Below the pieces are notes generated by a model. It worked only from the letters and a program-made list of their open reading frames with translations, did no database searches and was not told where the DNA came from. A stretch of 64,000 nt of DNA, taken from Eledone cirrhosa. Taxonomy: Eukaryota. Within the stretch, counting starts at the first letter, position 1. Each line of letters begins with the position of its first letter. A program made the translations under genes and the position numbers. The stretch lies in the NCBI GenBank assembly GCA_964016885.1, contig OZ024745.1:134664682-134728681 (forward strand), given 5' to 3'. Below, piece by piece: positions 38,330 to 51,578 of this stretch.

Positions 38330-41300
38330 ATTATTAGTTGTAGCTATAAGTTTAGCTAGATTGCCAGCGTTGAAATAGTATATGTCTATGTATGTATACA
38401 CGTACACATGTTATTATGTATAGTGTTTTTGTGTTTATACGTCTACAAATGTTTATGCCATATTTCAATTAGGAAAGGGAGTTTACTCTTGGATATTTTA
38501 ATAAAATTACGAGTTGTTTCCCCTCTTAGCAGGAAATTTAGTTATTTGATAAAACTCAATTGTCAAGGCTGGTTGTCTCGGTCAGTGCTAAGTGTCTGGT
38601 GATTGTTGCAGTGAAAATCAATGAAGTACAAGCATAACAGACGAGAGAGAAGAATGCAGGCCCAGCAGTTTGAGTTCGCTGCCAAGCAGATGCCAATATA
38701 ATATAAAATATTATTGAATCGGATAGTTTATTGATTCCCTGTTTTATTGCAAAAGCGAATTCTTTAAAGTGCGAGACTATAGTGTTTGTCGTTGATGTAT
38801 TTTTATCTATATTACTCTGCGTAAATACTGAATTTATGAGATGCCCGACCCTACATAAGCCCACAAACAGGCCTTCAACAGTAAAAATTGTCCTTTGTTA
38901 AAAAGAAGTTTTTTTCTTAATATAATTACGTTTATCTGCTGGATTGGTTATTGACCATTTTTGTAGGAGGGGATTTTGTTAGTGGTGCGTTACCTTCGCT
39001 GACTTAACTCTGAGAAAGAAAAGCAATTATATTTTTCTTTAACTGTATTTAGCCACTGAACAATGGGTGTAGCTCCTTGGAGCACTCGGGTGTAATGACT
39101 TTGGCTTTAGTGTTCGTGTAGAGCAGTGATACTTTTGTATTCCACAAAAATCTTGATCAGGCAGTGACGATAGTCAGAATTATAGGCAATTTGCTTTAGC
39201 TCCTTCAAATATCTTCATCAGGATGTGACCGTTGGTTGATCTTTATCTGTGAAGCTGTTGTGGTTGTTTGAGCTTTTTGTCCATGTAGGGCTGGATTCTC
39301 TTAAGAATCACACCCTGTTGAGGGTCTTTGCCACAAGTGAGGTCCCCCTGTAGTTGGTGTTAGAGAGATCTGCCTTCTTTGGCAGTGGCACGAAGTTACT
39401 GATCGTCCACTGGTTCAGGGCAACTCGTTTCTCCAGAACTGAAAATCACAACTCTTACATGACCTGTAGCCACTCGATTTTCTCCATGGGCCTTGCCCTC
39501 CTTTATCTTTTTTTGCTCTCTGAAGCTCCTCTGGCAAAGGGTCCTGTCTCAATATGCAGTTTTTGTAACGGCCACCTGATCTGCCCAGTGTTCTTGGCTG
39601 TGGAGGGCATTTCATAGTTGTCTACTAAAATGGTCTAGACTATAATCTGACATCCGGTTTTAAATTCTTGTTATTGCCTGCAGGACTATGATAAAAAGGA
39701 GAGGGCTAAGAACAGCCCTGGTGTACACCGACCTGCATGCTAAATTCCTCGCTCTAGTCATTGATAACTGCTGATTGTTTCTTTATACATGGCTTGTACA
39801 GCCCTCATAAGCTATTCATCTACTTCAAATTTTCTAAGAGCCCACCAGATTATAGCATGGTGGACTCTGTCGAAGGCTTTTTCCATTTCGACAAATGCCA
39901 GGTAGAGCGGCTTACTTTTAGCTAGGTACTTTTCCTGTAACTGCCTCACAAAGGTGAGGACATGGATGGTGCCTTTTCCTGGTACAAAGCCCAATTGCAT
40001 ATCATGTAGTTTCACCCTGTTCCTAATCAACTCTTTGTTACTTTCATGACCTGGTCCATCAGCTTTATACCTCTAGTTTCCTCTATCTAGTGCATCACTT
40101 TTACCTTTGTATCAGTTGACCATGATGCTGCTGCACGAATCGTTTGGTACGACGCCCTTTAGTATTACCTAGTTAACAATACGTGTGGTTATGGTCTGAT
40201 CTACCGACCCAGATGCCTTGAGCATCTCGGCAGCTATACCCGATAGACTGGTTGCCTTCCCCGTCTTCATATCTTTGATTGCCATACTACATTGCTGCTG
40301 ACTTGTTCTGCTAGCCCCTCTATAGGGTTCACTTTGGGTATGGTATCTTTTTCCCATACATTCTCCTCATTTAGTAATATTTCATACTGGCTCTTCCACG
40401 CATCTTCTCAGCACTTGTGAGTGCAAGCTGACTTTTATCATTCTGGATACACTTTTGTCCAATGACATCACAATTCTCTCTGAAACACTGCCTCGTAATC
40501 TGGAACAACTGTTTCTGTTCCTCGTGTTGCAAAACATGCTTGAATTTCCTATCCTCTGCCTCCCTTCTAGCTAAGTATACTTGTCGCCTAGCTTCGCTCC
40601 TGGTCTCTATGTAATGTGCCCTGTTTTTCCATTCTTTCCATGCCTGTCTCTTAGCCTTAACTGGCTCATCTACAATATTGTTCTACCACCAAGTCACTCT
40701 CCTCATCCATGTATATATCTTTTTATCATCTTTTTCTCAAATATCCACACATGACGACACACATGCAAATATTATGCATGGATATGTTAACTGGTAGCTG
40801 GAGAGTGAGAATAATATAGATGATAAAAATCTATCTTCAGCAACAAGTGCTATATTGTCTCCCATGTTGAAAGATATTATTTTACAATATAAGAACTTGA
40901 AACTAAGACTAACTGATGTATAGAATAGAAAGACCTAGATGTGAAAAGAAGTGGAAATTGTGCAGATTGAAGATTGAAGATTTGACCGATGTGAAGAAAC
41001 TGGAAAGATGTGTCGAAAAGCGTGAAGAATGCAGACCGTAGGAAAGACATCCCCGAGAGTGAACATTTGAAGCTAGAGCAAGGTTTTAAGAGTTAGAAAG
41101 AGTAGTTGTTGATTGTTCCTTTGAAAAGCAATGAAGTGGAAGCATAACAGACAAGAATGCAGACCCAGCAGTCGGAGTTAAGCAGCGAAGCAGATGCCAA
41201 TATAATATTAAATATTAGAGAATCAGTTTGTTCTTATTTCATGTTTTATTGCGAAATGGTATTGTTGAAAGCTAAAGACAATATAGCGTTTGTTGAAGAT

Positions 41301-44300
41301 GATGTATATTACTTTCTATGCAGAAATAAGGAAACATTTGCAGTCATCATCATCATACGTTCGCTCTCAAGTGTGGGACATGTACTATTGAGCACCGCCT
41401 CTTTCGGCTTATACCGGTCGTTGTTCACCTCGTTGGTGATTGTTAGCGATTTGAGGTCTGCTCTCACCACCCTGTCTATATTTTTCCTAGTCTGTCTTCT
41501 ACTCGAATTACTTGGCACTTGTTTACCCAGCAAACCATCTTATACTTTTCTCCTGCACACAACTCATACCCATTTTCTCTCTCAACTCATCTCTGCTCGG
41601 TCGTCGGAGCATGCTTCCTTCATTTCTTTGCCAGCCTTGGCATATTCTCTGCAATTGCTGGCCATGTCTCACTTCTTCCAACCCATCCTTATTGTAGATA
41701 TTATGGCCTCGTAGTAGCCTCCTCTCTTTCTAATCTGCTCATCTGTATAGAACCCACCTTCATTTGAAAACTGTTTCTATCACTGTCACTTCTACTGTGA
41801 AATTTCTCTGTACATGTAGTTTTCACTACCTGTTTGCTTGCTATCCCACTACATATGTTGAGTACCCCAGATGTGCATTGTGTATATTTTATAGAATTTA
41901 TCCCAACTCCTTTTCAACATAGGGAGCATGTCCTCTTTTCTATGTTTTTATTCTGTCCTCTTGCTTCCAACTACTGTTTCCATAGACAGCATTTCTTCTT
42001 TAGCTTCTTTACTGATTCTGCTATAAGAACCAGATCGTCATGGACAGCTAGTTTTAAACGCATCTGTTACTGACAGCACCTCTGTACAAAGCCTGCACTG
42101 CCCTCACAAGACATTCCCCAACACCTAGTTTGGTTAGGCACCACCAGATGACAGATCATGGTACCCTACCAAAGGAGTTGTCTGTCAACAAAATTAATTG
42201 CTAAGATGGTTATATTTTATATATTTCCTAAGACTCGTTTGATTAAAAAGCTTAATTTTTATTTCTTTTTACTATTAGTTGTAGCTCTTATAAGTTTAGC
42301 TAGATTGCCAGCGTTGAAATAGTTGCGCTTTAGTTGTGATGTAGGTGTTGCAAGTTCCGGCTGTAAGTCGTGGGGGTGTAGTATATTGTCATGTATGTGT
42401 ACATATGTCTGTGTATGTATACACGTACACATGTGTGTAGTGTTTTTGTGTTTATACGTCTACAAATGTATATGCAATATTTCAATTAGCAAAGGGAGTT
42501 TACTGTTTGAATTTTTTAATAAAAATAAGAGTTGTTTCCCCTGTTAGCAGGAAATTTAGTTGTTTGATAAAACTGAATTGTCAGTGCTAAGTGTCTGCTG
42601 AAGACTAGACATCTAAATTACGATATATAAGTACACGCATGGATATGTTGCCAAGGAGCTGTCGAGTGATTATAATGTAGATAAGCAAAATCTATGAACA
42701 CTCGCTATATTATCTCGCACTTTTATGGATATGTTTTTGCAATACAAGAATAGGAAACGAAGAAAAACTAATTGACTGAATACTGTGTGATGCAGGCAAA
42801 AGATGTTGAAATTGTGCCGAATTAAGATTGAAAATTTGACCGCTGTGGAGCAGCTGTGGAAAATTTGCATGATGTAGTGAAGAATGCAGTGGGTAGAAAA
42901 GACATCCCCGAGAATAAACAAGAGTAATTGGTGATTGTTGCAGTGAAAATCAATGAAGTACAAGCATAACAGACGAGACAGAAGAATGCAGGCCCAGCAG
43001 TTGGAGTTCGTTGCCAATATAATATAAAATATTATTGAATCAGATAGTTTATTGATTCCCTGTTCTATTGCAAAAGCGAATCCTTTAAAGTGCGAGACTA
43101 TAGTGTTTGTCGTTGATGTATTTTTATCTATATTACTCTGCGTAAATACTGAATTTATGAGATGCCCGACCCTACATAAGCCCACAAACAGACATTCAAC
43201 AGTAAATATTTAATTGTCCTTTGTTTAAAAAGAAATTTTTTTTTCTTAATATAATTACGTTTATCTGCTGGATTGGTTATTGACCATTTTTGTAGGAGGG
43301 GATTTTGTTAGTGGTGTGTTACCTTCGCTGACTTAACTCTCTGAGAAAGAAGAGCAATTTTGATATTTTTCTTTGACTGTATTTAGCCACTGAAGAATGG
43401 GTGTAGCTCCTTGGAGCACTCCCAACCAATAGTTCGAAGAACCATCGGGTGTAATGACTTTGGCTTTAGTGTTCGTGTAGAGCAGTGATACTTTTGTATT
43501 CCACAAAAATCTTGATCAGGCAGTGACGATCGTCAGAATTATAGGCAATTTGCTCAAATATCTTCATCAAGATGTGACCGTTGGTTGATCTTTATCTCTG
43601 AAGCTGTTGTGGTTGTTTGAGCTTTTTGTCCATGTAGGGCTGGATTCTCTTAAGAATCACACCCTGTTGAGGGTCTTTGCCACAAGTGAGGTTCCCCTGT
43701 AGTTGGTGTTAGAGAGATCTGCCTTCTTTGGCAGTGGCACGAAGTTACTGATCGTCCACTGGTTCAGGGCAACTCGTTTCTCCAGAACTGAAAATCACAA
43801 CTCTTACATGACCTGTAGCCACTCGATTTTCTCCATGGGCCTTGCCCTCCATTATCTTCTTTTTTTGCTCTCTGAAGCTCCTCTCTGGCAAAGGGTCCTG
43901 TCTCAATATGCAGTTTTTGTAACAGCCACCTGATCTGCCCAGTGTTCTTGGCTGTGGAGGGCATCTCATAGTTGTGTTCTAAAATGGTCCAGCCATTTCC
44001 TTTTTCCTATCCTCTGGATCTGTTTCCTTGATCTGACTCTTCCTCCATGTGATCTCGTTGATCATCCAACTGTCAACCGTTCTCTTAACACTTTAGTGCC
44101 TCCTCTCTGGCGTCAGTGTAAGCGGTACAGAGTGCTTCCCTCATCACCTCCACTGTGTCCATCCTCTCCATAGGATCAGCACAGAATTGGTCCTTGGCAG
44201 GCTGCACACACCTTTGGGTCTGCAGAACTGACATGCTTCCTCTTCTTTCTCCTCAGCATCAGTGTCTCACTTGCTTCTGCTACTGCATTGTTCAAGTACC

Positions 44301-47300
44301 TGTACCTCTTTGTCAAACTCTCTACATAGAGCACTGAACCTGTTGCTCACTTCTCCTGTGAACCTCTTCTGTAGCTTATGTTCCTTGAACGTTCCCCAGT
44401 CATAGATTATACTGTTGGTGTAGCCTTGCTCTTTCTTAAGCTCACTCGGACCTCACTCATAACAAGCATGTGTCCACTGTCCCAGTGTACTGAAATAGTT
44501 GTATGGTTCTGTGTTGAGAACACTATTGCGCTGCTTTTTCCTCACCAGAAAGAAATCAATCTAGGTCTTGGTCCACATCTTTTCTGGATTCTCCCTTAAC
44601 GTTAGGTTGGTTGCCATCAAGTTTGCATCCAGCATGGCGTCTGTCGGTAGTCTTCCATTTCTGTTGGTGTTAGGGAATTACCAGCGCGGTCTTCTCTACT
44701 CTCCTTACTCAGATGTGCATAGAAGTCCCTCAGAAGAATGATGTTTTGAGCTTGTGTGGTGTTGACAGCTCTACACATCTCCTCATGAAATTCCTCTGCA
44801 TTCACATCACTGTCTCCCTTGGTAGGACTATAATCTGATATCCGGTTTTAAATTCCTGTTATTGCCTGCAGGACTATGATAAAAAGGAGAGGGCTAAGAA
44901 CAGCCCTGGTGTACACGGACCTGCATGCTAAATTCCTCGCTATAGTCATTGATAACCCTAACTTTGCTGACTGTTTCTATATACATGGCTTGGTACAGCC
45001 CTCATAAGCTATTCATCTACTTCAAATTTTCTAAGAGCTCACCAGATTATAGCATGGTGGACTCTGTCGAAGGCTTTTTCCATTTCGACAAATGCCAGGT
45101 AGAGAGGCTTACTTTTAGCTAGGTACTAATCAACTGTGCTATAACTCTTTACGTTACTTTCATGATCTGGTGGTCCATCAGCTTTATACCTCTCTAGTTT
45201 CCTCTATCTAGTGCATCACCTTTACCTTTGTATCAGTTGACCATGATGCTGCTGCACGAATCGTTTAGTATTATCTAGTTAACATTACTTGTGTTTATGG
45301 TCTGATCTACCGACCCAGATGCCTTGAGCATCTCGGCAGCTATACCCGATGGACCGGTTGCCTTCCCCGTCTTCATATCTATGATTGCCATACTACATTG
45401 CTGCTGACTTGTTCTGCTAGCCCCTCTATAGGGTTCACTTTGGGTATGGTATCTTTTTCCCATACATTCTCCTCATTTAGTAATATTTCATACTGGCTCT
45501 TCCACGCATATTCTCAGCACTTTTGTTCAATGACATCACAATTCTCTCTGGAACACCTGTTTCTTTTCCTCGTGTTGCAAAACATGCTTGAAATTCCTAT
45601 CCTCTACCTTCCTTCTAGCTAAGTATACTTGTCGCCTAGCTTTGCTCCTGGTCTCTCTGTAATGTGCCCTGTTTTTCCATTCTTTCCATGCCTGTCTCTT
45701 AGCCTTAACTGCCTCATCTACCATATTGTTCTACCACCAAGTCACTCTCCTCATCCATGTATATATCTTTTTATCATTATCCTTTTCTCAAATATACACA
45801 CAGGCAAATATTATGCATGGATATGTTAACTGGTAGCTGGAGAGAGAATAATATAGATAAGTCTATCTTCAGCAACAAGTGCTATATTGTCTCCCATGTT
45901 GAAAGATATTATTTTACAATATAAGAACTTGAAACTAAGACTAACTGATGTATAGAATAGAAAGACCTAGATGTGAAAAGAAGTGGAAATTGTGCAGATT
46001 GAAGATTGAAGATTTGACCGATGTGAAGAAACTGGAAAGATGTTTCGAAAAGAGTGAAGAATGCAGTCCGTAGGAAAGACATCCCCGAGAGTGAACATTT
46101 GAAGCTAGAGCAAGGTTTTAAGAGTTAGAAAGAGTAGTTGTTGATTGTTCCTGTGAAAAGCAACAAAGTGCAAGCATAACAGACGAGACAAGAATGCAGG
46201 CCCACCAGTCGTAGTTAAGCAGCAAAGCAGATGCCAATATATTATTAAATATTAGAGAATCAGTTTGTTCTTATTTCATGTTTTATTGCGAAATGATATT
46301 GTTGAAAGCTAAAGACAATATAGCGTTTGTTGAAGATGATGTATATTACTTTCTATGCAGAAATAAGGAAACATTTGCAGTCATCATCATCATACGTTCG
46401 CTCTCAAGTGTGGGACATGTACTATTGAGCACCGCCTCTTTCGGCTTATACCGGTCGTTGTTCACCTCGTTGGTGATCGTTAGCGATTTGAGGTCTGCTC
46501 TCACCACCGCCGTATATGTTTTTCCTAGTCTTCCTCTACTGCGTGTTCCTTCTACTGGAATTTCTTGGCACATGTTTACCCAGCAAACCATCTTATTCTT
46601 CACTCCTGCACATAACTCATACCCATTTTCTCTCTCAACTCATCTCTGCTCGGTCGTCGGAGCATGCTTCCTTCATTTCTTTGCCAGCCTTGGCATATTC
46701 TCTGCAATTGCTGGCCATGTCTCACTTCTTCCAACCCATCTTTATTGTAGATACTCTGGCCTCGTAGTAGCCTCCTCTCTTTCTAATCTGCTCATCTATG
46801 TAGCGGAAGGTACGAACCACTTGTATAGAACCAACCCACCTTCATTTGAAAACTGTTTCTATCACTGTCACTTTTACTGTGAAATTTCTCTGTATAGGTA
46901 TTTTTCACTACCTGTTTGCTTGCTATCCCACTACATATGTTGAGTACCCCAGATGTGCATTGCGTATATTTTATATAATTTATCCCAACGCCTTTTCAAC
47001 ATAGTGAGCATGTTCTCTTTTCTATATTTTTATTGTCCTCTTGCTTCCAACTAGTTTCCATAGACAGGATTTCTTCTCTAGCTTGTTTACTGATTCTGCT
47101 ATAAGAACCAGATCGTCACGGACAGCCAGTTTTAAACGCATCTGTTACTGACAGCACCTCTGTACAAAGCCTATACGGCCCTCACCACCTAGTTTGGTTA
47201 GGCACCACCAGATGACAGATCATGGTAACCTACCAAAGGAGTTGTATGTCCAAAAAATTAATTGCTAAGATGGATTACATTGCCACCAGTTATATTTTAT

Positions 47301-48567
47301 ATATTTCCTAAGACTCGTTTGATTAAAAAGCTTAATTTTTATTTCTTTTTACTATTAGTTGTAGCTCTTATAAGTTTAGCTAGATTGCTAGCGTTGAAAT
47401 AGTTGCGCTTTAGTTGTGATGTAGGTGTTGCAAGTTCCGGCTGTAAGTCGTGGGGGTGTAGTATATTGTCATGTATGTGTACATATGTCTGTGTATGTAT
47501 ACACGTACACATGTGTGTAGTGTTTTTGTGTTTATACGTCTACAAATGTATATGCAATATTTCAATTAGCAAAGGGAGTTTACTCTTGGATATTTTAATA
47601 AAATTACGAGTTGTTTCCCTTCTTAGCAGGAAATTTAGTTTGATAAAACTGAATTGTCAAGGCTGGTTGTCTTGGTCATTGGTAAGCGTCTGTTGAAGAC
47701 TAGACATCTAAATTACGATATACAAGTACACGCATCCATGAATGGATATGATGTCAAGTAGCTTGCGAGTGAGAATAATGTAGATAAGCAAAATATATGA
47801 ACACTCGCTATATTATCTCACACTTTTATGGATATGTTTTTGCAATATAAGAATAGGAAACGAAGAAAAACTAATTCACAGAATACAGTGTGATGCAGGC
47901 AAAAGATGTTGAAATTGTGCCGAATTAAGATTGAAAATTTGACCGATGTGGAGCAGCTGTGGAAAATTTGCATGATGTAGTGAATAATGCAGTGGGTAGA
48001 AAAGACATCCCCGAAAATAAACAGAAAGAGTAGTTCCAGTGAAAATCAATGAAGTGCAAGCATAACAGATGAGAGAAGCATGCAGGCCCAGCAGTTGGAG
48101 TTCGCTGCTAAGCAGATCGATGCCAATAGAATCTAAAATATTATGGAATCAGATAGTTTATCGATTCCCTGTTTTATTGCAAAAGCGAATCCTTCAAAGT
48201 GCGAGACAATATAGTGTTTGTTGTTGGTGATAATATACTTTGTGTAATAGTCTCTGTTCATAAATAATGAAAAATGTGCACATAGTCGACCCTGACTATA
48301 CGTTCATATTAGTTGTGAAGCTTTGCTTGTTTAAAACAGAAAGACGACCATCTTTGATTAAAAATATCATTGTATAAGTTGTGCTTCTAAACACTACATG
48401 TAAACATGTAGAACACAGACATTCACAAATGGTTATTTAATTCACAATTGGTTATTTAATTTCTATAATTAATTAAGATGGATTACATGGCCACCGATTA
48501 TCTATAATTCACAAATGGTTATTTAATTTCTATAATTAATTAAGATGGATTACATGGCCACCGATTA

Positions 48568-49194
48568 TCTATATATAAAACTGAAGATGTCCGAGTTCGA
48601 ATCGCTAAAGCTCGAGAACCACCCAACGGACTGTTTTCAAACTTTACACATGTAATACTTATGTTTGAGAGATTGTTCTGATCACCCCCAATAGATTTCA
48701 ACTTTTCTAAGCCCACAGGGACGACATTAGGCGGTTTAGCGATCTCACTCTATAATTCTTAGTCTCTTTTTCGATAGACGTACTTATAACGTCGCGCCCT
48801 TATTATATCTGTATGACTGTCTGCATTACGTCACTTCCTTGAGGGTGTGTTTGAATCCCTTAAACTCGAAGTACCCAACCGATATTTTTTCAAACTATAA
48901 ATGCGTATTACTTAGGTTTAAGGTAGTGTTATGCACATTAAAAATTTAAACATTTTTTTTATCTGCTGGGGCCCGCATTAGATGAAAAAGTTTTTTTTTT
49001 ATCTTAGGACTTTTTGTAGCCGTTACGTGTAGCCGATTTTCGCTAAATTTCAAGGCATATTATGGTCATAAAAAGAAAATCATTATCTCGATCCCCTAGG
49101 GCCCGCATTAGGTGAAAACCTGCCTTTTTCTTGCTTCATCCATCAGAGTATTCGAAAATACTTTATATGGTGCAACGCCAGGTACCACTGCTAG
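48568..49194 (+). mobile_element. Non-autonomous Helitron inserted at A|T with no TSD
   Basis: a|TCtatatataaaac...gcaacgccaggtaccactgCTAG|t; paralogous empty site ccggtta|tattttata at ~33041. Confidence 0.9.
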
Positions 49195-49859
49195 TATATT
49201 ATAGATTTCACGAAACTCGTTTATTTAAATCTTTTTTACCATAATGCCATTTCGACTATAGATCTGATAAGTTGAGCTAGATTGCCAGCGTCGAAATAGT
49301 TTCGCTTTAGTTAGGATGTAGGTGTTGAAAGGGCCGGATGTGAGCCTTGGGTGTAGTCTATTTTCACACATTCGTAGATATATACATGTATGTATATATA
49401 TATATCTAAACACGTGTATGAAAGTATGTACACGACTTTATGTATGTAACCCTGTAACATTGAGCTTTCCGATAACCCTTTGTAAATATGCAATGTCGGT
49501 TTGATAAGCACGACAAAGAATTGAAGATACTAGGCAGATTAACATGTTAGTTGAACGACCGTTGACTTGAATTGCGCGTGAAAATACGTGGGTGCAGTTG
49601 GTGGGGCTGATGCTTTTAAGTTTGTTTTTGTCTTGTTGAATAATCATGGCGTGCTACTTTGTAGTACTTGTATTGCAGGCCGTTGTTCCGGTGGTTAAGG
49701 TAAGTGGCGATGTTATTACTGTTTGGGTATTTTAAGTTTTCGTCTAGTTGGTTTGGGGTGGCGGTCGGATTGGTTTCAGATTAACGGTCTGTGTCTGGTT
49801 TACAGTTGTGATTAGTTTGTGTAAGAAGCGAAGAATGCCGCGATATATATTTATATTTT

Positions 49860-51320
49860 TAGAAAGGGAGAAACTGTATTTTAATCATTTTATCTGTAGA
49901 AACGTTAATTGCGAGATAGATTTTATTAAGGGGAAAGTTTTCGAGATAGGACAGTTAATAATTAAGTTATCTCTGTTATCATTTTGACGCATTTCTATTT
50001 CGAACTATAGACATATATGTAAAATTATCGCAGACAATTAGACATTTAATTTCCGCAAAATATATAATTCCACGGGAGAGAATGTACTATATAATCAATT
50101 GATTTCTCTCCCTTTAGTTCACTTTATATTTGTAAAGGGAGAGAAGTTTATTTAACAATATCTGTTATCTCCCCTTGACAGACTTTAATTATAATTATAA
50201 TTTTTTAGAAAAATATATTTTATTTTGGAAAAAGGTATTAGTAACAGTTTAATTTAAAAAAATAGTTGTCTCCCCTTGCTACACTTTGACTATAATGTAA
50301 TAAATTATGTTGTGACATTACTGCTGTTTTTATCAAGTAATTCTAACGCCCGGAATTTCTAATTTAGTTATTAACTTAATATTAGCTCCCGAGAATCAAC
50401 TTAAATAAGTTGTTTCCCCTTATTTGACTCAGCTTATTTTTATCTGGTCTTAACATAAGCTGTCGCCGTTTTTATAGTGCAGGAATTAGTTACAATGTCT
50501 AGGTATCTACACTTGATTAATTTAAATGTAAGGTTAGTAAAATTTGCAAGCTAATTTTAATTAATAAATTTGTCCAACTGTTTTCCATTTCAAATAATGT
50601 TATCTGTCGAACTTAATTAATTGCGAGACACCCTTTTCTGAACGCACAGCGATGGCATTATGAAAAAACAGGCAATTTTTACGGACAAATGTATAATAAA
50701 ATCAGTTTAATTAATATAGTATGTATGTTGTAACACACTATAAAAACGGCGTGGATTTACGTTACATTATATATAATTTACTTTTAACTAAGGTAGATAA
50801 TATGGTTTATTTAATAAATAGGTTGTTTCCCTTGGCCGGACTTTAAGTAACATAAATTTTCGCTGTTTTTATAGTGCTTCATAGTATTAAAAAATGCTGA
50901 AATTTCTGTTACACCGAAATAAAAAGTTAAAGTATGGCCAAGGGAAACAACCTATTTATTAAATAAACAATTTTATCTCCCTTAGTTCAAACTAAAAACC
51001 AATTAAATTATATTTTATAAAAGTGAATTATATATAATGTAACGTAAATTGACGCCGTTTTAGCAGTTCGTTTTCTGATATTTACGGAATCTTTCCGCAG
51101 TCTAATAGTAAACAAACTATAATAAAAATGGCGTTGATTTACGTTACATTATATATATAATTTTCTTATAAAATATTGTTAGTTGATTTTTTTATTGAAT
51201 TAAGGGAGATAACATTGTTTATTTAATAAATAGGTTGTTTCCCTTGGCAGGCTTTATGTTACAACGGCGTATTTCCTCCTGTTTAGGCTAGTTAAAATTA
51301 AGTTGCCTCCCCTTCACTTG
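49860..51320. repeat. AT-rich telomere-adjacent DNA with recurring TT(A/G)T(C/T)TCCC(C)TT motif and alternating ~110-140 bp inverted units
   Basis: tttatttaataaataggttgtttcccttgg direct at ~50806 and ~51218, inverted at ~50938. Confidence 0.85.
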
Positions 51321-51422
51321 ATATATCTATACTAATATATATTTGTACAAAACATTTAAAAAATATTTCTATATTTATCGAAAAATGTTAAGGTAGAAAA
51401 CACTTATATCGATGAAAGGGGG

Positions 51423-51578
51423 TTGGGGTTGGGGTTGGGGTTGGGGTTGGGGCTGGGGCTGGGGTTGGGGTTGGGGTTGGGGTTGGGGTTGGGGTTGGGG
51501 TTGGGGTTGGGGTTGGGGTTGGGGTTGGGGTTGGGGTTGGGGTTGGGGTTGGGGTTGGGGTTGGGGTTGGGGTTGGGG
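51423..51578 (+). repeat. Proximal telomere variant repeats (TTGGGG)5(CTGGGG)2(TTGGGG)19
   Basis: Direct reading. Confidence 0.95.

Larger units (their letters stand above)
27830..49480. repeat. Subtelomeric higher-order tandem repeat: about four 4-5 kb units plus a diverged terminal partial unit
   Basis: Anchor aagatgg at ~33018, 38043, 42205, 47269 and 48477; repeated ORFs at 30100/35372/44378 and 32647/41834. Confidence 0.93.

Noticed and set aside
42670-43185. 171-aa minus-strand ORF in module A
   Set aside because: Not kept open in sibling copies; probably the stop-poor antisense of a purine-rich strand
27830-48230. CRISPR-like or gene-array reading of the repeats
   Set aside because: Units are kb-scale diverged duplications of LINE debris with no repeat-spacer structure
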